The notes below the pieces were generated by a model, which made no database searches, had not been told where the DNA came from, and was given only the letters and a program-made list of their open reading frames with translations. Below are positions 29,881 to 39,185 of a stretch of DNA of 64,000 bases, piece by piece. Position 1 is the stretch's first letter; each line of letters starts with the position of its first letter. A program made the position numbers and the translations under genes. Source of the DNA: Pirellulales bacterium (GTDB lineage: Bacteria > Planctomycetota > Planctomycetia > Pirellulales > PALSA-1355); the NCBI GenBank assembly GCA_963733035.1, contig CAVTBU010000006.1:960001-1024000 (forward strand), written 5' to 3'.

Positions 29881-30759
29881 ATGGTTCCCCAAGTGACGGC
29901 CGCAATCCTGGACGGAAAACAATTGGCACGCCAAATCCGCGAGGAATTGCGCGATGAGGTGGCTGAATTCATCCAGAATAACGGCGAGGTTCCCACGCTG
30001 GCCGCGGTGCTCGTAGGAAACGATCCATCGAGCGAAGTCTATGTGCGCAATAAGGTTAATGCTTGCGAGCAGGCCGGAATCATCAGCCGACTATTCCGCC
30101 TGCCGGCCGACACGCCCCAGGATGATCTGCTCACCCTGTTGGCCAAACTGAACCGGTCCAAGGACGAGCCAATCCACGGCATCCTGGTGCAGCTGCCCCT
30201 TCCCCCCCAGATCGATGCCACCCGAATTCTAAGCGCCGTGAGCCCACTCAAGGACGTCGATGGTTTTCATCCGGAAAACGTGGGGCGGATGGTCCAAGGG
30301 AATGCCCGCTATTTACCCTGCACGCCGTACGGAATCCAGCAATTACTTGTTCGAAACGGGATCAAAACGTCGGGACAGCATGTTGTCGTGGTCGGCCGCA
30401 GCGAAACGGTCGGCAAGCCGATGGCCCTGATGCTGATGCAGCGCGGCTCGGGAGCCGACGCCACGGTGACGGTGTGCCACAGCAAAACCCAAGATTTACC
30501 GAGCCTTACGCGTCAGGCTGATATTCTGATCGTGGCCATCGGGCAGCCGCAGTTCATCAAGGCGGAGATGGTCAAGCCTGGGGCCGTGGTCATCGACGTG
30601 GGAATCCATCGGACCGCGCAAGGTTTGGTCGGGGACGTTGATTTTGCCGGGGTCAGCCAAGTGGCCAGCCACATCAGCCCCGTACCCGGCGGCGTGGGAC
30701 CGTTAACCGTGACGATGCTGCTGGCCAACACCCTCACGGCCGCTCGTTTACAACAGTAG
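29881..30759 (+). CDS. folD: Bifunctional methylene-THF dehydrogenase/cyclohydrolase
   Basis: YVRNK, HGILVQLPLP, KDVDGFHP, PCTP, PVPGGVGPLT. Confidence 0.95.
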   Translation: MVPQVTAAILDGKQLARQIREELRDEVAEFIQNNGEVPTLAAVLVGNDPSSEVYVRNKVNACEQAGIISRLFRLPADTPQDDLLTLLAKLNRSKDEPIHGILVQLPLPPQIDATRILSAVSPLKDVDGFHPENVGRMVQGNARYLPCTPYGIQQLLVRNGIKTSGQHVVVVGRSETVGKPMALMLMQRGSGADATVTVCHSKTQDLPSLTRQADILIVAIGQPQFIKAEMVKPGAVVIDVGIHRTAQGLVGDVDFAGVSQVASHISPVPGGVGPLTVTMLLANTLTAARLQQ

Positions 30760-31050
30760 CGTCTGCTTAACCTGGCGCCGCCGGGCACCAACAGTCCGGT
30801 TCTCGTTACGTTGACGTTGGACACGCCGGGGGCGACAGACGGCACCTAGAGCGGCGGCGGAACACTCACCGCTCCACAAGTGACCGACCTGACTGCTGGA
30901 AACATCGAGATCAACCTGCGCAGGCAGATGTTTCCAAGGGGTAAGATTCGCGGACAACTTTCCGCGGTTCCCGAGCCAAGCGGCGGGGCGCGTTTGGCAT
31001 TGGGAGCCGTGTGCGCCGCGGTGGTGACGCGGCGCCATCTGCGACCGGGG
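30760..31050 (+). pseudogene. Truncated CHRD-domain PEP-CTERM gene
   Basis: Frame reads LAPPGTNSPVL...GT*SGGGTLT...DLTAGNIEINL...FPRGKIRGQLSAVPEPS + TM + RR. In-frame TAG at 30847; 5' part missing. Confidence 0.7.
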
Positions 31051-31100
31051 GCTCGACGACCGTCGCGCGGCCTGGTATCCAAGGCTGGCGGGCGAGCGGC

Positions 31101-31463
31101 TTATTCCAACTCGTGCACGTCGCCGAGCACGCCGCGGGGAATGCAGATGGTGAGCACGGTGAGCTTGCCGTTTGGACTGGCCGTGGCTTTGTGCTTGACG
31201 CCGCGGGGGACGTAAACGACCACGCCTTTGTGCAGTTCGATCTGGTCGTTATCGAGCGTCATCGTGCCGCTGCCGTCGATGACGTAGTAGAACTCGTCGG
31301 TCCGCGCGTGGTAGTGGAGCTTCGCGTCCTGGATTTCCACCTGATGGATTTCCGCGGCCGCCCCATCGGCCTCTTCCACCAGGCAGCGAATCTGCCCACA
31401 AGTCTCGGCCCAGGGTGTGGCGTCGGCCGGATCGCGCCGCAGATAGCTGGCTTTCACGCTCAT
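31101..31463 (-). CDS. Cupin domain protein
   Basis: LHYHARTDEFYYVIDGSG, YVPRGVKH; GAGG RBS. Confidence 0.85.
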   Translation of the reverse strand: MSVKASYLRRDPADATPWAETCGQIRCLVEEADGAAAEIHQVEIQDAKLHYHARTDEFYYVIDGSGTMTLDNDQIELHKGVVVYVPRGVKHKATASPNGKLTVLTICIPRGVLGDVHELE

Positions 31464-31665
31464 GGGATTGACCTCGTGGATATGAGTGGGGGCAATACCG
31501 CATTCAGGGTAACAAGTCATGGGCGGTGCGGCAAATTTCGCCGGCCTTGTGCCAGGTGCTGGCGGTTGTCCTTTCTTTGTTTGGAGCGGGCGATGCCAAG
31601 ATTTGGCCCATCGCGGCGAACAACTCCGCGTGGACCGTTTGAAATGCGCGTACGAGAGCTGAAGC

Positions 31666-32868
31666 ATGACGAGACTTGCATCGCTGGTTTTGGTTTGTTT
31701 GCCCCTGACGCTGCCGAGGCTGCTGTCGCCGGCCATGGCGGCGGATCCCGTGCCGACGGTCGATACGCAACGTCTGGGCGAGCTTCAGACGCGCTTTCAG
31801 GCAGGACTCGACGCCGTTTGCGCGAAGTACGAACTGCCGGGAATGACCGCTGCCTATGTGCTGCCCGACGGCACGGTGCGAGCCTTTGCCAGCGGGCTGG
31901 CGGACAAGGAAAGCGGCACCAAAATGACCGTCGACTCGCGGATGCCGGCCGGTAGTATCGGCAAGACGTTCGTCGCGGCCACCGTCATCGGCCTGGCACA
32001 AGACGGTCGGCTGTCGCTGGACGACAAGATCGAAAAGTGGCTCGGCCAGGAGCCCTGGTTTAACGATCTGCCCAACGCGCACGAGATCACGATTCGCCAA
32101 CTACTCATGCATCGTAGCGGGCTGGCAGATCACATCTACGACGCGAAGTGGATTGCCGCCGCCCGGCAGATGGTCCGCTCGCTCGACACCGATCCTGACT
32201 ACTATTTCAAGCCCGACGAACTGGTTGGGTACATCCTCAACCGCAAGCCGCTTTTCCCGGCTGGCCAGAGATTCAAGTACACCGACACCGGCTATATCTT
32301 GTTGGGATTGATCATTGAGCGCGCCGGCGGCGCGAGCTACTACGATCAGGTTCGACAGCGCTTTCTGGATCCGTTGAAACTCAAACTCACCGAGCCGGCC
32401 GATCATCGCGATCTGCCGAACCTTGCCGCCGGCTACCTGTCGCCGAAGAATCCGTTTGGCCTTCCCGAGAAAATTACGGCCGGCGGCAAGCTACGATACA
32501 ATCCGGCCACGGAATGGACCGGCGGAGGATTGGTCAGCAATCCGCGGGACCTGGCGGTGTGGGCCAAGACGCTGTATGAAGGCCGCGCATTGGAGAAACC
32601 GTATCTCGACGAACTACTGGCCACCGATCCGCAAGACACGAAGAAGTCGAGCAAGTATGGGCTAGGCGTCTATATTACCAAGAGTCCGCTCGGCGTCAGC
32701 TATGGTCACGGGGGATGGTCGGTCGGCTATTTGTCGCACGTCGACTATTACCCGGACCAGCGAGTGGCCGTGGCCGTGCAGACCAACTCGGATGTCCGCG
32801 ACGACATGCTGGGCGACCTGATGGCGCTCATCAAGGACGTGCTCGACACCGTCGGCCAAGCGAACTAG
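31666..32868 (+). CDS. Secreted serine hydrolase, beta-lactamase/AmpC-like family
   Basis: GSIGKTF (SxxK), LLMHRSG, YTD, YGHGG; signal peptide. Confidence 0.9.
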   Translation: MTRLASLVLVCLPLTLPRLLSPAMAADPVPTVDTQRLGELQTRFQAGLDAVCAKYELPGMTAAYVLPDGTVRAFASGLADKESGTKMTVDSRMPAGSIGKTFVAATVIGLAQDGRLSLDDKIEKWLGQEPWFNDLPNAHEITIRQLLMHRSGLADHIYDAKWIAAARQMVRSLDTDPDYYFKPDELVGYILNRKPLFPAGQRFKYTDTGYILLGLIIERAGGASYYDQVRQRFLDPLKLKLTEPADHRDLPNLAAGYLSPKNPFGLPEKITAGGKLRYNPATEWTGGGLVSNPRDLAVWAKTLYEGRALEKPYLDELLATDPQDTKKSSKYGLGVYITKSPLGVSYGHGGWSVGYLSHVDYYPDQRVAVAVQTNSDVRDDMLGDLMALIKDVLDTVGQAN

Positions 32869-32976
32869 CCTTGGCGCGACTTTGCCTGGACCGGGTCGGT
32901 GGTAGTGGTTCCCGCTGGAACCTGGCCTGGGTTGCCTCCGTCAACGCGCGTGTTCCCTGTTGGCCGTCGGCACGAA

Positions 32977-33372
32977 TCACGCGCTGTTGGTTGCTGGCGG
33001 GTTGGGGCGGTCGGCGAATTCCAGCCGGTTGCCGACGGGGTCGTGCGCGTAAAAGCGTCGGACCGGCGGAGCGGAGTGATCGTATTGAATGGAGTTGCCC
33101 CCTTTCGTCAGGCGTTCGGCCAGGGCATCGAGCGTGGGCACCAGGAAGCAGGGATGCGCCTTCTTGCTCGGGGTGAAATCCTCCTCCACGCCGAGGTGTA
33201 ATTGCCGACCATCGGCCAATCGAAACCAGAGCCCGCCGCGCGCTTTCAGCGGCGGCGGCTTTTCGATTTCGACCAGGCCAAGCAATTCGCCATAGAACGC
33301 GCGCAACAGCGGCTCGACCCGCGGCGGAATCGCGATCTGCACGTGGTCGAGACCGACGATCATCGTTTCCAT
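32977..33372 (-). CDS. VOC/glyoxalase family protein
   Basis: LDHVQIAIP, KKAHPCF, RFYAHDPVGNRLEF. Confidence 0.9.
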   Translation of the reverse strand: METMIVGLDHVQIAIPPRVEPLLRAFYGELLGLVEIEKPPPLKARGGLWFRLADGRQLHLGVEEDFTPSKKAHPCFLVPTLDALAERLTKGGNSIQYDHSAPPVRRFYAHDPVGNRLEFADRPNPPATNSA

Positions 33373-33551
33373 GTTAGGCCTGCCCAACGGTGGTGATTCG
33401 CGGGGATTCTACCATGTTCTTGGGGCCAGCGGCGTTGCCTGCGGGTGACGGTTCCGTAGTGGCGTCTCAACGGGCGGCGGTATAAAATCAAAAGCGGGTT
33501 TTGTCCGTGAGGGTGTTCTTTTGATCAAAGTTACCTGGCGAGGAGCGATCG

Positions 33552-34610
33552 ATGGCGCGCATCTTCTCCTTCGCGGCGTTTCTGCTGGGGCTTTGCGCTG
33601 CTCCGCTGGCGCTTGGCGATGAGCCGATCGCGATTCCTGCGGCCACGATGCCGCAGGTCCACCAGACGGTCGACCGCGCGATCGGTTATTTGCAGACCGA
33701 AAGCGCCGCCTGGCTAAACACGCGTGGCTGCGCTGCATGTCATCACGTGCCGATGCCGCTTTGGGCGCTGAGCGAGGCCGAACGGCAAGGGTACGCGATC
33801 GACAAGCAGTTCGTCGCCAGCACGGCCGAATCGTTGCTGGGCAGCAAGGACAAGCTGATGTCCTCGAAGATCTTTCCCAATCCGGCAGATCCACCCGACC
33901 CGCGCCCACAGGGTCGAGGGCTGAATATGGGACTCCCGTTTCTGGCGGTCGCGGCGCGATCGTTGCCCGCGCTGAATGAGGGACAAAAGCAAAGCCTGCG
34001 GCTGATAACTGAGGAAATCGTCAAGAAGCAACAACCAGATGGTTCGTGGGAGTTTTTTTCCACGCTCCGCCGTCCGCCAATTAACGAAAGCCAGACTACC
34101 GACGCCGCCTGGATCATCATGGCACTCGCAGGGGAGACCGAACCCGACGCGCCGGAAGCACAGCGCGCGGCGCTCCAGAAAGCGATCGACTGGCTCGACG
34201 CTGCCAAGCCCTCCGGGCTCCATCAAGAGAAGGTCATGGAGGTTCTCTTGGGGGCTCACACCGCCGAGCCACGCGATACGATGCAAGCGACGATCGACGA
34301 GTTACTTGCCTTGCAACGCGCCGACGGTGGCTGGAGCCAGACCGTGCCAGAACCCAAGAGCGACGCTTTTGCCACCGGCCAGACGTTGTATGCCTTGTCG
34401 CTCGTCGGCTATACGGCCGAACGACCCGAAATTCAGCGTGGGATCGACTTCCTGGTTGCCACGCAAATGCCGGACGGCAGTTGGCCGATGGTTTCTCGAT
34501 CGACCCCTGATGGCTCACCGGGGAGTTCGAAGCTTTTGACGCCGATCAATTGCGCCGCCAGTTCCTGGGCCACACTCGGCCTGGCAAGACTTGTGCCGCG
34601 CGGAGATTGA
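33552..34610 (+). CDS. Secreted prenyltransferase/squalene-cyclase-repeat protein with CxxCH
   Basis: QW-like repeats QQPDGSW, QRADGGW, QMPDGSW; N-terminal GCAACHH; GAGGAG RBS. Confidence 0.85.
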   Translation: MARIFSFAAFLLGLCAAPLALGDEPIAIPAATMPQVHQTVDRAIGYLQTESAAWLNTRGCAACHHVPMPLWALSEAERQGYAIDKQFVASTAESLLGSKDKLMSSKIFPNPADPPDPRPQGRGLNMGLPFLAVAARSLPALNEGQKQSLRLITEEIVKKQQPDGSWEFFSTLRRPPINESQTTDAAWIIMALAGETEPDAPEAQRAALQKAIDWLDAAKPSGLHQEKVMEVLLGAHTAEPRDTMQATIDELLALQRADGGWSQTVPEPKSDAFATGQTLYALSLVGYTAERPEIQRGIDFLVATQMPDGSWPMVSRSTPDGSPGSSKLLTPINCAASSWATLGLARLVPRGD

Positions 34611-34643
34611 CCGGACGCGCGTGTCGCGATGTGTCGTTACCGG

Positions 34644-35420
34644 TCAGTTCGTAGGCTTTCGCGCCACGGCGATCAACCTTTGGGCCTGCGGGTCGTAGGG
34701 GGTGCCTTCGAAGGTGCCGTAAAGCGCGACTTCGTTGAAGCCGACGCTGGCTAATAGCTCGCGGAACTCGCGGCCGGAGTAGATCCAGTGGCCAATGCGG
34801 AAGCTCTTGGTTCGGCCGCCAGCGATCAGGGTCCACTCGTCGTCGACGCGCGACCAGTCGTGGGTGATGCGGGTGCGGTTGACGAGGACACGGCCGTCAG
34901 CCAGCTCGGTCGAACGGGTCGGCTGATAGCGAGCGGCCAGGACTTCCTTGCCGAGGTGATCGAACACGAAGGTTCCGCCCGGCTTGAGGCTGTCGTACAG
35001 GTTCTGGAGCACGCGGCGGTTTTCGGCCGGATCGTCAAAGTAGCCGAACGACGTGAAGAGGTTGATTGCCAGATCGAAGCTTGCTGGCCGCACGAACTGA
35101 CGCATGTCCTCATGCACCCACTCGACCGTCGCGCCGGCCTGGCTTGCCCGGCGGCTGGCCTCGTCGAGCAGGAACTGCGTGCGATCGACGCCGGTCACTT
35201 CAAAGCCCGCCAGCGCAAAGGGCAGGGCGTAGCGTCCCGGCCCGCACGCCAGGTCGAGCAGACTTCCGCTTGAGATTCCCGTGAGCCCCGTGATCTGAGG
35301 GACGTGTTGGGCAGCGGCGGCGAATTGCTGCTCGGGGAACATGAACGGGAACATTTCGTTCCAGAAAGAGTCATCCTCGAACCAGGGGGCAGCGTCTGCG
35401 CTATTGGGCTTTGGACTCAT
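34644..35420 (-). CDS. Class I SAM-dependent methyltransferase
   Basis: LDLACGPGR, NLFTSFGYF, LKPGG. Confidence 0.9.
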   Translation of the reverse strand: MSPKPNSADAAPWFEDDSFWNEMFPFMFPEQQFAAAAQHVPQITGLTGISSGSLLDLACGPGRYALPFALAGFEVTGVDRTQFLLDEASRRASQAGATVEWVHEDMRQFVRPASFDLAINLFTSFGYFDDPAENRRVLQNLYDSLKPGGTFVFDHLGKEVLAARYQPTRSTELADGRVLVNRTRITHDWSRVDDEWTLIAGGRTKSFRIGHWIYSGREFRELLASVGFNEVALYGTFEGTPYDPQAQRLIAVARKPTN

Positions 35421-35516
35421 GGTACTGGGAGATGCGGGGCCTCACTGGACAACAGAATGCGGCTAGGGGAGTTGACACGATGGCCGGTCGGCAGGTTCGT
35501 GCGACGTCGCGACGGC

Positions 35517-36236
35517 TTACCGTGCGAGCTTGCTGCGTTGCGGAACTGCCGACTTCGAACGCACCTGCTCGAACACGAACAGCATTTCGCGGGCGATCTG
35601 CTGGCAGCGGGCATCGTAGGTGGCGGATTCTTGCTCGGTGCCGTCTGCCGATTTGGGATCGTCGTAGGGCAGGGCGATGCGTCGGGCGGCGCCTTGCACA
35701 ACCGGGCAGTTTTGGTCAGCGTCGCTGCACGTCATCACGGCGCAGAAGTTGCGCTGGGGATTGCCAGCGGTGCTGTAGATTTTGGAAAAGCAAACCAGCG
35801 GTGACACACCCTTACTAAAGCGGACCTGGTAGCGGGGATTGTTGCCGCCGTCCTCTACAGTAATGTCAAACCCGGCGCGGCGCAAGGCGGCGATGGCCCG
35901 CGGGTTGAACGCCGTGGCTTCGGTGCCGCCGGAAAAGGTTTCGACCGGCGAAACGCCATAGCGAGCGGCGGCGGCCGCGGCCCAGATTTGGGCCAACTGG
36001 CTGCGACGCGAATTGTGCGTGCAGATGAACGTCAACCGGGCTGGCTCGCCGGCGGCCACCCGACCGCGCACATATTCGGCCAACCCCGTCAGTTGCCGCT
36101 GGCGATCGAGGGGAATTGTTTCGAACTCGGCAATGCGGGCCTGCACGTAAGCATCGAGCGGCGGATTGAGCGGACGTGAGTCGCCAGCCGCGAGCGCGAC
36201 ACCGAGCAGCGCGAAAGTCGTCAGGAGGTGTGTCAT
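35517..36236 (-). CDS. Low-molecular-weight protein-tyrosine-phosphatase/ArsC-like protein with signal peptide
   Basis: P-loop FICTHNSRRSQ, SGGTE, AVMTC, YDDPK. Confidence 0.85.
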   Translation of the reverse strand: MTHLLTTFALLGVALAAGDSRPLNPPLDAYVQARIAEFETIPLDRQRQLTGLAEYVRGRVAAGEPARLTFICTHNSRRSQLAQIWAAAAAARYGVSPVETFSGGTEATAFNPRAIAALRRAGFDITVEDGGNNPRYQVRFSKGVSPLVCFSKIYSTAGNPQRNFCAVMTCSDADQNCPVVQGAARRIALPYDDPKSADGTEQESATYDARCQQIAREMLFVFEQVRSKSAVPQRSKLAR

Positions 36237-36479
36237 GGAACTGGCCGGCGGGATTAAGAGAGTGCGCTCAGAATAGCTGTGGCGAGCGCGCCGGGCAAAT
36301 GGAGGTACGAGGGAGCGGAGAAGACTGGCCGCAGCGGCGAACTTGGCAGAGTTTGGCGATTGTACTGATCATTCCGGCCCCAAACGCCGAAACTGCATGA
36401 GACGGTCGCGGCGATGCGCAATCGAAACGGGCCGATAAAGTCAAATCTGTTAAGCCAGGAAGACTAAGGGGAAGCGGCG

Positions 36480-37487
36480 ATGCCTACCAGGTCACAGTTG
36501 GTGCTAGCAGTTTTTGCGCTATGCATGCTGGGTTTTCAGATGCGGGCCGAGGCCGAAGAATTCGCGGCGTTTGAGTACGAGACGCAAGAAGCCCCGGACT
36601 CGGCGTTTGAGTACGAGACTGAAGAAGCCGCGGGGCCGGAGGATGCGGCGGAGGAGGTGCTCGCCGGCGATGTGATGGACGGGGGCCTGATGCAGTGTTA
36701 CTCGCCGATGCCGGGCTTCTTTCTGGGATTGGGGGGTAGCTACAACTCGGTGCGGTTCGACCAGTATCTGTATGCCAGCGGTATTTCAAACGTCTACAGC
36801 GGCTCGACGCAAGTAGCCTATGGCGAAGCCGGCGGACCGGCCACGCCGTTTCTAAACACGCAGACGACGTTTGCTCCGACCGCGCAAGTGGGCTACCTGC
36901 GAGGTTGCAACTGTTGCAACTGGTTTTGGGGAACGAAGCTGGCCTACAAGTATCTGGGGCTGGTGTTCACCGATTCGAACATCAACTCGCCGCAGGTCGG
37001 AGCCTTTACGAACACAACGACGGACCCGAATTCGTTCACGGGGCACGTGATTGTGGGTTCGACGCAAACCACGGTGAATCACCAGCTGGCGCTGGTTCCG
37101 TTCTTCGGACGTTCGTTTGAGAGGGGCCGGGTGTATTTTGGCGCCGGTCCGGTCGTGTTTGGCACCAACACCCAAATCTACAACGCGACCGGCTTTGCCG
37201 ATATCAACGGAACCCACGTCGACATCACCGGAACCCCGGTGAATTTTTCAGACTCGACTTGGATGTGGGGCACGGTTGGACAAGTTGGTTTGATGTACTA
37301 CTTGTCTCCGACCTGGTTTCTCGATCTGAGCTACGACGTCGCCGTGACCGCGCGGTATACGAAACACAATTCGTCGCTCTTTTCGACCACAACGGATGGA
37401 TATACGGATGCGGGCACGTTGTTCGTCAACCCGACGCAGCAGATCACCGCGCAGTCGATTGCCCTGACAATCAATCGGATGTATTAG
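36480..37487 (+). CDS. Outer-membrane beta-barrel protein
   Basis: Signal peptide, acidic linker, amphipathic strands, C-terminal aromatic residue (INRMY). Confidence 0.7.
   Translation: MPTRSQLVLAVFALCMLGFQMRAEAEEFAAFEYETQEAPDSAFEYETEEAAGPEDAAEEVLAGDVMDGGLMQCYSPMPGFFLGLGGSYNSVRFDQYLYASGISNVYSGSTQVAYGEAGGPATPFLNTQTTFAPTAQVGYLRGCNCCNWFWGTKLAYKYLGLVFTDSNINSPQVGAFTNTTTDPNSFTGHVIVGSTQTTVNHQLALVPFFGRSFERGRVYFGAGPVVFGTNTQIYNATGFADINGTHVDITGTPVNFSDSTWMWGTVGQVGLMYYLSPTWFLDLSYDVAVTARYTKHNSSLFSTTTDGYTDAGTLFVNPTQQITAQSIALTINRMY
36565..36632 (+). repeat. 36-bp-period coding tandem duplication
   Basis: cggcgtttgagtacgagac at 36565 and 36601, encoding AFEYET(Q/E)EA twice. Confidence 0.8.
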
Positions 37488-37579
37488 GGATTCGATCGTC
37501 GAGTCGGGCGACGGCCGCGCGTCGCAGGGCGAAGCTGACACCACGGCTGCAAATCCAGGGCATGGGTAAGGGGCTTGCA

Positions 37580-39007
37580 ATGCGAATCTGGCTGAGCGTG
37601 ATGTTGGCGGTGACATTGCTCGGCGGGGTCCGCGCGCGGGCGGGCGGCGAGGGCTTACAGCGCGCGGCTGGCGCGCCGATAGCGCTGTCGGTGGCCAGCG
37701 ATGAAGCGGGCCGAACGGGCGACGACTTTAACTCGGACGGCGCAGCGAGCGAAACGGAAGAGACGGATTCCGCCGGCGACGACGATCCGTTCCAGACGCA
37801 GGGTTATCTGCAGATGGAGGACGTGGAGGCGGAGGAGGTTGAGCCGAACGAGGGCCTCGAGCCGTTGGATCTGTTTGAACCAATTGACACCACAGGCGGG
37901 GAGGAATTCTTCGAGCCTGGCGGAGTTGGTCCGGCCGTCGGCGGATATGCGCTGGCGGTGGGTGTGCCGAACATGCGCCCTGGCTTTCGATTTCAGGCCG
38001 GACTGTTGTATCTGCAGCCCAGCGCCGACAACCTGGGCTGGGGCATTCTGACGACCGAGCACAACTACGCGTCGCCCTACCCGTTGGCCACGCCGCTGTG
38101 GAACGTCAAAACGCTTCAGCCGGGTTACCAGCCGGGCTTCGAACTGGGAACCGGTTATACGTTTGCCGGCACGGGGCGCGACGCGCAGCTCAACTGGCAG
38201 CACTTGCGCACCAATACGTATGACTCCGGCGTAGCGGGAGACGGGCAGTGGATCTCGCCGTTCTCGCAAACCGGTCCGCCCACGGCCGACACGTACGACG
38301 AGTTGAATTCCAACTCGGGCGTGAACAAATTGCGGTCGGCCAACGCGCAAGTCAAGTTTTCGTATGACGCGGTGAACCTCGACTTCGGCCAGTATGTAAA
38401 CGTCGGCCAGCGGCTGCTGTTCCGACTGTTTGCCGGGTTGAGTTATGCGCAGCTGCGCGAGCAACTCAATTCGACGTTCTATGGCGTCGAGCCTTCGCCG
38501 ACGGCACCGTTTCCAGAAAACACGCAGCTTTCGATCGCGCTGAATAACACGACCAGCTTTTGGGGCGTTGGACCACGATTTGGCTTCGACAGTTCCTACC
38601 TGACAAAACGCGGGCTGCGACTGACGGGGCAATTGGCCGGGGCGGCGCTCATCGGCCAGACGCAGCCGGCGCAGTACCAATTTGCAGCCACGTCGCCCGA
38701 CCTGGCGCTCCTCGGCATCGCCGTCAACCGCGAGTATGTCGCCAGCAGCGCTTTCTCGCACGTGGTCTACGCCGCCAACGCCAAGCTGGGCATCGGCTAT
38801 ACTCGCGTCCTGCGGGGCGGATCGGTGTTCACCTTCGACACCGGCTACCTGGCGGCTATCTATTTCAACCCGTTCGCCGGCTATGAGACGAACGAGAACA
38901 TCCTGGCACTGCAGATCGGTTCCCTTTCCAGCGGCAGCATCCGGCACATTCAGCAGAGCAACTTTTCGCTCAACGGGTTCTATTTGAACGCCGGATTGAA
39001 CTGGTGA
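37580..39007 (+). CDS. Lpg1974-like (Legionella MOMP-type) pore-forming outer-membrane protein
   Basis: LYLQPSADNL, YDAVNLDFGQ, FWGVGPRFG; C-terminal YLNAGLNW beta-signal. Confidence 0.75.
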   Translation: MRIWLSVMLAVTLLGGVRARAGGEGLQRAAGAPIALSVASDEAGRTGDDFNSDGAASETEETDSAGDDDPFQTQGYLQMEDVEAEEVEPNEGLEPLDLFEPIDTTGGEEFFEPGGVGPAVGGYALAVGVPNMRPGFRFQAGLLYLQPSADNLGWGILTTEHNYASPYPLATPLWNVKTLQPGYQPGFELGTGYTFAGTGRDAQLNWQHLRTNTYDSGVAGDGQWISPFSQTGPPTADTYDELNSNSGVNKLRSANAQVKFSYDAVNLDFGQYVNVGQRLLFRLFAGLSYAQLREQLNSTFYGVEPSPTAPFPENTQLSIALNNTTSFWGVGPRFGFDSSYLTKRGLRLTGQLAGAALIGQTQPAQYQFAATSPDLALLGIAVNREYVASSAFSHVVYAANAKLGIGYTRVLRGGSVFTFDTGYLAAIYFNPFAGYETNENILALQIGSLSSGSIRHIQQSNFSLNGFYLNAGLNW

Positions 39008-39185
39008 ACCGTGGCGCGCCTACTGCTTGTAGCGGGCCTGGGTCGGTGGCGAGCAGAACTCGACCGTGTGGCCGGCTGGATCGGGCGTATAGGCGTGGCG
39101 CCATCGCCCGGGCATGTCGTGCGGCGGCTAGCCGGAAAACATGGGTCGTCTCGCCTCGTTTGCGCTATCGGGCCGCCGATTGCCG

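Noticed and set aside
32900..33460. VOC gene as an integron cassette (GTTGGGC just before the ATG, CCCCAAC near the 3' end)
   Set aside because: No attC-like palindrome follows the gene, and an ordinary extended -10 (TGGTAGAAT) lies upstream.
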